A program made the position numbers and the translations under genes. The notes below the pieces were generated by a model. It ran no database searches. It worked only from the letters and a program-made list of their open reading frames with translations, and was not told the DNA's origin. Positions 32,501-36,603 of a DNA stretch of 64,000 nt are shown here, one piece after another (the first letter of the stretch is position 1; every line of letters begins with the position of its first letter). This DNA is from Minisyncoccia bacterium (lineage in GTDB: Bacteria > Patescibacteriota > Minisyncoccia > Phycocordibacterales > UBA9973), in the NCBI GenBank assembly GCA_041737125.1, contig JBGSSJ010000011.1:33568-97567 (forward strand). Direction: 5' to 3'.

Positions 32501-33294
32501 GTCCCCTCGATATAAAGCTCACTTCCTGGAGAAAGTCTGACATTCCCCCCGACATCAAGTGTCTCTGATGGTGATGAAGCAACGTTAACTCCCAATCTGT
32601 TTGTTGAATCATCCCAAAAGAAGTTTGCATTATCTTGTGCAATGGTACTGCCATCAGAGAAGAGGACTGATCCTGAAGTTAGTGATGGAAGTGTGAACTT
32701 TGCATTGATTTGTGATTGTATTCCTGAAGTCACCCCTTTGACATAAGAAATTTCTGTGAGTGATGGATAGGTTGCAGTTGCAAGAGAAGAGAGAGCACCT
32801 GGACCCGAGAAGTATGCAAGCTCATTCGTAGTACCTGAGCCAGATAAACTTCCACAAGCCCCCCATGATGGAGCAGATCCAGTATTACCGATAAGACACT
32901 CACCAGTAATACCTGCAGCAGTGACTCCCATAGCGGAAGTACCGTTACCGTAAATAATTCCGTTGGAAGTAAATGTCCCTGCACCAGTTCCTCCTTGAGC
33001 TACAGTCACAAGTGCATTCGTAGTGAGGATGGTCGCATTCGCATCAGGGAAAGTATAAGTACGGACTCCTGTCTGGTTGTTGGTAACAGCGAAAACTCCA
33101 TCTCCAAGCTCTGCCCATGGGTGGCCTGGGTTCGGTGTCGCTCCACTTACTATTCCGAAAATAGAAAAGGCAACAAAGATAGAAAGTATCGTATACACGA
33201 CATAGTGTATAGAAAATTTAGGAGCAATTTTCCTTAAAATTCTTTGTACGAAATTTGAAATTTGTTGCTTGTAATTTTTAAACATAAAATACAA
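23545..33294 (-). CDS. Giant (3249 aa) Gly/Thr/Ser-rich fibre/adhesin with internal repeats, a LamG-like domain and a peptidase-G2-like intramolecular chaperone domain
   Basis: N-terminal signal/TM; many GNVGIG repeats; FTVSLWF..WNDGQWHH..YIDG..FWDGEIDEF (LamG); GADLAEYY..GDVV..GVISTRPG..VALSGRVPVKV..GPIKVGDLLTSS..GYAM; acidic Pro-rich tail. Confidence 0.85.
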   Translation of the reverse strand: MYFMFKNYKQQISNFVQRILRKIAPKFSIHYVVYTILSIFVAFSIFGIVSGATPNPGHPWAELGDGVFAVTNNQTGVRTYTFPDANATILTTNALVTVAQGGTGAGTFTSNGIIYGNGTSAMGVTAAGITGECLIGNTGSAPSWGACGSLSGSGTTNELAYFSGPGALSSLATATYPSLTEISYVKGVTSGIQSQINAKFTLPSLTSGSVLFSDGSTIAQDNANFFWDDSTNRLGVNVASSPSETLDVGGNVRLSPGSELYIEGTIPARRAVRLYNSGGLSQGMIDIQRDGAVNIRLNASGDSYFVNAAASLGIGDPSPASMLTVGSGDAFQVNSTGAIVAATGLTTTGTIALTSANTTQATTASALVGNFNSLTTGTGAYLASSSLTSGRLIDIQISGTDAGASQTGLNILTSGATSTNAITTYGAQISNTKTNATSGTNVALYLDASGATTANYGLIVNAGNVGIGTNTPTFPLTVTGAGTFTGSVGVGFNQNLYFGTNSGYTSVSGNGSGTADATSFLQFRAGDGERMRIGGDGNVGIGDTTPAAMLTVGSGDLFQVNSSGAIAAATGITSSGTINFSGLTASKVVFTDASKNLTSTGIGASTDFIKGDGSLDSSTYLTSVGTGVANELTYWSGTNTLGSLATVTYPSLTEISYVKGVTSGIQSQINAKFTLPSLTTGSVLFSNGTTIVQDNANFFWDDTNDRLGLGTASPVSKLTLGATHSSFDSVVGTESVSVSSSGATSGLVFAGESRGASGAFAGALIGLYSNDGGAMSSLDRLGGVLFGGSSSGAQPLRSTAGIAAYTSQAWSDGSAYGTSLRFETTANNSTTRSEKMRIEASGNVTIGSTTSTSLFNVGSAAQFQVTSGGAITAATGITSSGTLTLSTTPTTSAGSYDLITRNTGTGVFEKIASNTLPIFASAITGTPSASTFLRGDGSWSAVSGGLSDLDYGDITVSGTGTVMTIDANTVTDGKLRQSAGVSVIGRETNTTGDVADIVGTGNQVLRLNGGGTALAFGAINIASSSAVSGLLSPTNGGTGVNNSAGKIITLGGALTTSGAFNTTFTSTGTTNVTLPTSGTLYGTATGSFTSADLAGSLTDETGSGLAVFSTSPTFTTDITTPLIIGGTTTTSPLTLRSTSGVGTTGANIIFQTGNNGATEAMRILNSGNVGIGLSPAEKLDVGGNVRLSKGSELYVEGANSSRRVVRLYNGNSDQGRIDIQRNGVAVIVLNANGNSYFRNEAANLGIGDVTPDSAFTVGSTSQFQVDSTGAIIAATGITSSGSITFSGLSTNGFVTTSGGTGALSVTTLGSGISTWLSTPSSANLASALTDETGSGLAVFSTSPTFTTDITTPLVIGGTTTTSPLTLRSTSGVGTTGADIIFQTGNNGATEAMRILNSGNVGIGDTSPASLFTVGSGDLFQVDGSGNTSLFAGADLRFVETGGGTDFAALQAPAAVTASYTWTLPAADASGCLQSNGSGTLSVASCGGAVALSSLSAAGATNTINNADYTQEWQWNTLAGATGLKLSSTSTAAASNAQKIFEVAQSGANATSTQTTYGGYFTNVKTGTSSTNVALYASATGGTDNYALLVPDMGGRVGIGTIAPRGILDVTNGASSGNIYLEALDNVYIGDFSGNGSSVYLAVNGDSPSNGFIFNNGNVGIGDASPASLFTVGNGDLFQIDSSGNTSTLGSITIQNTANNVIPTADSMVVNLTGGTTGIVTDGVDGLSIAMEVGNGTTNTNSGLNITLIPVNTPSGDETFNGLNIANITGTAATENALVIGSGWDSDIRFIDATPQMTLADNGTLVLSDGSSTTNDIFQVGTAISRGNALVYGDLIVKGGTIARSLTGVIDTFIYDTSVDVDAGEWRNSLEMMQRSWATEAKDDGAGDACSISTDDRCGSSAFPRKAIIATTADGLYIFDSADNSLWMKFTQAGTYALGADTNNNPSGVTAQNGVIYVGTNGASATGLYAFDFKQDVLYRYNTTNRTQADINIGNRNSTATYAANAETGFAIINNTVNDVSVNVQTGSMEGRAGTLIAPVDSQGGPMLGVTIIAAATDSGVSVINMGARKVINYSDATNDDYNQVYMTKRGRMYATNETRAQLEEWRGVDTVITTQANGTPTRWYDETLAGNTPITLEGAVPTISTSPSALAVIERGSAAREAAAAGQIDSGDIVFVGTNQGLAEVHTSGGALANASWSKITTKDSATPYMNGGVRSAYLFDDAVGATSTNSAVGNTGTTRNPLDQAGATAPTFGGNGIRGGSVNFNNNSYLCSDANADGTCDSDTDNNVAATSFTVSLWFKHSTTAAADVLFERCYTPATPTAAACIYAGMTTTGTITAGIDDDGTWTTVGTLSMDDGLTSSGTWNDGQWHHFLLTNTDTDLCMYIDGRLAAACDTALAATATLDAAQVLTIGGRCTGANCATGDSFWDGEIDEFTWSAGATTSSGTVSASANRRFLDGRTHLIRPQTSVENADIFSGTTIGSTTATYVPNSFTSLVVEITGGTGAGQTRNIISNDATAFTVAPAWSVTPDATSDYRVSPSKLYGSTNNVTSIAVDAPTQINKTRSLYVGTDDGADGGGISTFTNAGAGGIKTEVHSSDSGIEEDDFGTTWSGTGSDDIKSIAIYTDTILFATGTGIRVERKDVSIKQLQADTLLALEDVRMSLVASGLFGATQDVLGLGQGADLAEYYYSNETLEAGDVVSIEPSQEAGIGKSSRRYQKNLLGVISTRPGLILGPVAENAYAVALSGRVPVKVTTENGPIKVGDLLTSSSREGYAMRATSAGAVIGRVLNEPYGMTSCDAPLPALENVALPEGPWVGGERVEGEAQGEQVQSSTGIQCGYVMLFVGLGESLGQNVEILAQEYGSIEDGHVSVDGLTAELGTQWSIMSFLRATRDDKETNALPLESFFTDRIAAGFEILTPTLIADTVVTSQLTGGIDGSLALVLNNGIFSVKKNSEDAAVMTIDALGNAVFNGKITAQEIEATKIAGFDALIERITALETLLGANAFDALTSVTTANFKATGESTFEGKAQFSGLSFFANSTTFDGSVVFGAQTEFTIPPIFNKDTAGFALIKEEDRRVRVVFDEPYVTTPVITTNITFEVTDNMDDATAEAFFFEDVRHLVVEKDQTGFTIFLNKKAPRDIRFSWVALGVKDPKIVESLVEGLDIEIPTEAPLEQVPQEDDVPSPENPSTELVPEIVTEEIIIEEVTSPDEPAPIIEESTPVPSPKVTVEAPLIIEENTDNTTVSEY
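29087..30006 (-). repeat. Two ~225-bp intragenic repeats (29087-29313 and 29780-30006)
   Basis: Both encode LTDETGSGLAVFSTSPTFTTDITTPL.IGGTTTTSPLTLRSTSGVGTTGA.IIFQTGNNGATEAMRILNSGNVGIG; differences mostly synonymous. Confidence 0.9.
31190..32790 (-). repeat. Two ~180-bp intragenic repeats (~31190-31365 and ~32610-32785)
   Basis: Both encode TYPSLTEISYVKGVTSGIQSQINAKFTLPSLT.GSVLFS.G.TI.QDNANFFWDD, with an identical DNA stretch of about 65 bp. Confidence 0.9.
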
Positions 33295-33355
33295 CTATAT
33301 TATATCATAGTTGTATAGTAAAAATAGCTAAAAAGTGCTTTTTATTTAAGGTTTT

Positions 33356-33364
33356 TGTGGATAA
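33356..33364 (-). promoter_or_regulatory. Consensus DnaA-box-like site upstream of the surface operon
   Basis: TGTGGATAA (TTATCCACA on minus) about 50 bp upstream of a minus-strand TATAAT at 33299-33304. Confidence 0.4.
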
Positions 33365-33404
33365 CTTTTGTTTTAAATTTCGGAAGAATTATTGGTCAAT
33401 TTTA

Positions 33405-35303
33405 CTAGCGGACTTCATACCCTAGAGACGCTATTTTCTCTGTAATTTTAGACATTATCATATTCACTTCTTCGGTCTCTAGAGTGCGGTCATATGACTG
33501 GAAAATCAATCGATAAGCATAAGATATTTTACCATTTTTCTTGAACATATCCAAGAGTTTTGGCTCCCCTTGTAGCAATTCTGTGCCGAATTCCGTATAA
33601 ACCTGTGAAAGCACACTACTTTCGACATCTTCAGGCACCCAAACAGCAATATCACGCACCATAAATGGATAAAGTGACCACATTTTGAAATACGAAATGT
33701 CTGTAGTCGTGGAGTCAGGAAGTGAAGCAAGAAGTTCGTTATGAGAGCCTTGCGCAGAGCTGGCTCGAGCAGAGAAATTTCCCTCCAAGGAAATATTCGT
33801 GCTCCCAGAAGGAAGCTCCTCCGAAGCATTATCTCGAATAAATTCATCTAAACTCATTTCTTTCATTTCTTTTTTATTTACGAATGCGATATTTAGGAAC
33901 TCTTCCCCATTTTTAAATACCGTCCCAATTTCAAAAATTTTAATTTCATCATGGCCTAGGAATTGAGAATTTAATTTATTTAATTCATATGCATTTCGAA
34001 GTCCATCACTTAGATTCGTGCGCATGAAATTCTTATCACTAGCAGAGGCAAGTACTTCCACTTCACCTTTTTCTGTGAATGCATAAGTCATCACTTCCCT
34101 GTAACCACTCTCTACCAGGTAATTGCGAGCCTTTTTTATATTCTCATAAACAGGATTCTCTTTAGGAGTAAAGTTTATCTTTGGCAATTGTGGAATTACT
34201 TTATCGTAGCCGATTATGCGGCCAATTTCTTCTGCTATGTCGCTAGTATTTGTAAGATCTAGTCGCATAGGTGGCACCTCGAGAGTAAAGTTATTACCAT
34301 CTTTCTTATAAGTGAAATTATACCTCTTCAATATGTCTTCTACCTCCTCACCTGTTATACTTATACCTAGTATTTTGTTTATATTTTCCAAGGTAAAATC
34401 CACTTTTACTTCTTTTTGTAAATCTTTATTCGGGTATATATCCACCACATCTTCAAATGTTGCTTCCGGGCAAATTTCAGCTATCAATCCTGAAAGTTCA
34501 AGCATAGCAAAGTCACAAAGTGAGGGCGATAAATCATTCTCAAATCTTTTCGCTGAATCAGAAAGAAGTCCTAATCTGCGCGCAGTTTTCCGGACAGATG
34601 TCGGATCGAAATTCGCAACTTCAAGCACTATGTCAGTCGTCCCATCCGTAATTCCAGAATCAAGTCCACCTTTGACTCCGCCAAGTGCTAAAATTTTCTC
34701 ACCACTAGTTATAGTCAAATCATTTTCCTTTAACTTCGCAAGTATCCCTTCTCTGCCTACGACTTTCAATTCCTCTCCCTCTTTAGCATTAGTAATTCGT
34801 AATTCGTAATTCGTAATTTTCCCTAAATCAAATGCGTGTGTCGGCTGACCACAGTCATACATCACAATATTTGTCGCATCAACAATATTATTTATACTTC
34901 TCTGTCCTATGTTCTCTAAATATTCTACTACCCACTTTGGTGATGGACCTATCTTTATATTACGGACAATTCTCGCAGAATATCTACGGCAACTCGGTGA
35001 ATTAATTTCTACTTTTAGGTCAGTCGTTACGGATGGAGGAACCTTGTACATGGAAGTAGGGTCCTTAAAAGTTAACTCCAAAAGCCCCGCAAGCTCACGA
35101 GCAACACCCTGGTGTGATAGCAAATCATGAGCCCGATTCGGTAATATACCCAAGTCATAAATCCAATCTTTCTTGCCATCTATACTTTCAATAGCAGTAA
35201 CACTTTCAACTTCACAAAGATGATAAGTAAAAATACTCTCTAGATGATGAGGTTCAGGGATATCAGATATATATGATTCTAGCCAATTGTAAGAAATAAA
35301 CAT
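33405..35303 (-). CDS. pheT: Phenylalanine--tRNA ligase beta subunit (shortened; B2 OB-fold absent)
   Basis: ISYNWL, PNRAHDLLSH, INNIVDATN..GQPTHAFD, RLDL..DIAEEIGRIIGY, C-terminal FDX-ACB (RDIAV..SYAYRL..DRTL). Confidence 0.95.
   Translation of the reverse strand: MFISYNWLESYISDIPEPHHLESIFTYHLCEVESVTAIESIDGKKDWIYDLGILPNRAHDLLSHQGVARELAGLLELTFKDPTSMYKVPPSVTTDLKVEINSPSCRRYSARIVRNIKIGPSPKWVVEYLENIGQRSINNIVDATNIVMYDCGQPTHAFDLGKITNYELRITNAKEGEELKVVGREGILAKLKENDLTITSGEKILALGGVKGGLDSGITDGTTDIVLEVANFDPTSVRKTARRLGLLSDSAKRFENDLSPSLCDFAMLELSGLIAEICPEATFEDVVDIYPNKDLQKEVKVDFTLENINKILGISITGEEVEDILKRYNFTYKKDGNNFTLEVPPMRLDLTNTSDIAEEIGRIIGYDKVIPQLPKINFTPKENPVYENIKKARNYLVESGYREVMTYAFTEKGEVEVLASASDKNFMRTNLSDGLRNAYELNKLNSQFLGHDEIKIFEIGTVFKNGEEFLNIAFVNKKEMKEMSLDEFIRDNASEELPSGSTNISLEGNFSARASSAQGSHNELLASLPDSTTTDISYFKMWSLYPFMVRDIAVWVPEDVESSVLSQVYTEFGTELLQGEPKLLDMFKKNGKISYAYRLIFQSYDRTLETEEVNMIMSKITEKIASLGYEVR
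33711..33831. repeat. Multi-hairpin palindromic element (copy C) inserted in frame in pheT
   Basis: Core CTTGCGCAG-hairpin-CGAGCAGAG-hairpin-ATTCGTG shared with intergenic copies at 50152 and 53667; ends GGAGTCAGGAAGT...CGAAGCATTA shared with the pheS insert. Confidence 0.8.
34792..34819. repeat. Heptamer tandem repeat (GTAATTC)x3 + GTAATTT inside pheT
   Basis: Visible directly; encodes ITNYELRITN. Confidence 0.9.
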
Positions 35304-35340
35304 AGTTATAAAGTTATAAAGTTATAAAGTTGAAAGTAAT
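35304..35340. repeat. Octamer/heptamer tandem array (AGTTATAA)x3-AGTTGAA-AGT, downstream flank of the four-helix-bundle gene
   Basis: Visible directly; reverse complement of the array at 35689-35728. Confidence 0.9.
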
Positions 35341-35684
35341 TCATAGGGTTTTGATAAATCCAGAAAGTATTCTTGAAATTTCTAATGATAATTTTTCTAA
35401 TTCGGAATATTTATTTTGATCTATATATTTTAAATCTACAGCTAAGCCTAACATTGATCTTACTTCTCCACAAGAACCTTTTGAAATATATAAAAATTCT
35501 TTAATTCTTTATTTGTTTGCCTTTCAAATCCTTCAGCAATATTATTCATAATAGAAACTGAAGCCCTTTCTATCTGATTTTTAAAAGAAAAGTCTTTACA
35601 TTGATTAAATGTTTTGTAAATTATCAAAGTTAATTCTTTTGATTTTTTCCAAGCTATTATGTCTTCAAATTTTTCAACTTTCAT
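35341..35684 (-). pseudogene. Four-helix-bundle protein (23S rRNA-IVP/S23/Avd-like family), frameshifted by one missing base
   Basis: FEDIIAWKKS..QIERASVSIMNNIAEGFER; adding one T to the T5 run (plus strand 35492-35496) restores LYISKGSCGEVRSML..EISRILSGFIKTL-TGA (114 aa). Confidence 0.88.
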
Positions 35685-35688
35685 AAAA

Positions 35689-35728
35689 ACTTTATAACTT
35701 TTAACTTTTAACTTTCTACTTTATAACT
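35689..35728. repeat. Heptamer/octamer tandem array ACTTTATA-ACTTTTA-ACTTTTA-ACTTTCT-ACTTTATA-ACT, upstream flank of the four-helix-bundle gene
   Basis: Visible directly between the pheS stop and the ATG. Confidence 0.9.
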
Positions 35729-35730
35729 CC

Positions 35731-36558
35731 TTAGAATTGATTAATTCTAAGGTCTCCTTGGTAAAATAATCGCACGTCAGGAATATTCCAGCGAATCATC
35801 GCTATACGATCTACTCCTCCACCGAACGCAAAGCCTTGTACTTTCTCAGGATCTAGTCCTGCATTACGCAGAACATTCGGATGTAGCATTCCTCCACCCA
35901 TCATTTCGAGCCACCTACCGTTGAACTTCGCATGTACTTCTACAGAAGGCTCAGTGAATGGGAAGAAGCTGGGACGGAACTCTATTTCTACATCAGGACC
36001 AAGTGCTTTCTTGTAGAATTCTATAAGCACTGCTTTCATATGTGAAAGATTTACATTCTCCCCAACCATGCATCCATCTATCTGATAGAATTGCATTTCA
36101 TGAGTTATGTCTGTAGCTTCATTACGGAAAACTTTCCCGACTGTGATAGAAGCAATTTCTTTCAACCCTTCATCTACCATTCTTTTAAGTGTACGCGCTG
36201 TCACATTCGTCGCGTGAGTACGTAGCACATGGGCGGAGTCGGAAGTTGGATACGAAATAGTCTGGCCGAGCGTATTCGCGAGGAGATCCGAGGACTTTTC
36301 GGAGACTACTTCCGACGAAGCATTAACATTCTTAATATAGAAAGTATCCTGCATGTCGCGAGCAGGGTGATCTTTAGGTACATTTAGGGCGTCGAAGTTA
36401 TACCAAAGAGTTTCAAGTTCTGGGCCTGTAGCTACCTCAAAACCGAGCTTTGAGAATACTTCATAGGCCTCATCTTGTAATATAGTAAGTGGGTGCAACC
36501 CGCCTGCCACGCTATGCGTAACATTTCGGGCAGGGCTTCCTTTAGAATCTTTAGACAT
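35731..36558 (-). CDS. pheS: Phenylalanine--tRNA ligase alpha subunit (no N-terminal coiled coil; two palindromic inserts)
   Basis: [53 protein letters not shown]. Confidence 0.96.
   Translation of the reverse strand: MSKDSKGSPARNVTHSVAGGLHPLTILQDEAYEVFSKLGFEVATGPELETLWYNFDALNVPKDHPARDMQDTFYIKNVNASSEVVSEKSSDLLANTLGQTISYPTSDSAHVLRTHATNVTARTLKRMVDEGLKEIASITVGKVFRNEATDITHEMQFYQIDGCMVGENVNLSHMKAVLIEFYKKALGPDVEIEFRPSFFPFTEPSVEVHAKFNGRWLEMMGGGMLHPNVLRNAGLDPEKVQGFAFGGGVDRIAMIRWNIPDVRLFYQGDLRINQF
36235..36325. repeat. Palindromic element (copy E) inserted in frame in pheS
   Basis: Outer stem GTCGGAAGT/ACTTCCGAC, inner CGAAATAGTC/GACTTTTCG; expands the DTFY...LRTH loop by about 30 aa. Confidence 0.8.
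36499..36535. repeat. Short GC-rich palindromic element in the 5' end of pheS (encodes [13 protein letters not shown])
   Basis: CCTGCC...GGCAGG stem with an inner ACGC/GCGT hairpin, GC-rich against an AT-rich background. Confidence 0.7.
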
Positions 36559-36603
36559 TTATAAAATATAGCATTTTTCTCATCTTTTTTCAAAATTCTG
36601 TAT

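Noticed and set aside
23545-33294. Prophage tail-fibre gene
   Set aside because: Has an export signal, sits in a cell-surface operon, and no capsid, terminase or integrase genes are nearby.
29087-35684. Diversity-generating retroelement (Avd-like gene plus repeat pairs in the giant gene)
   Set aside because: No reverse transcriptase in the window; both repeat copies are coding and differ mainly at synonymous positions, not specifically at adenines.
35304-35728. CRISPR array
   Set aside because: Units are 7-8 nt and contiguous with no spacers; no cas genes. The Cas4-like nuclease motifs at 36604-37400 belong to the helicase fusion.
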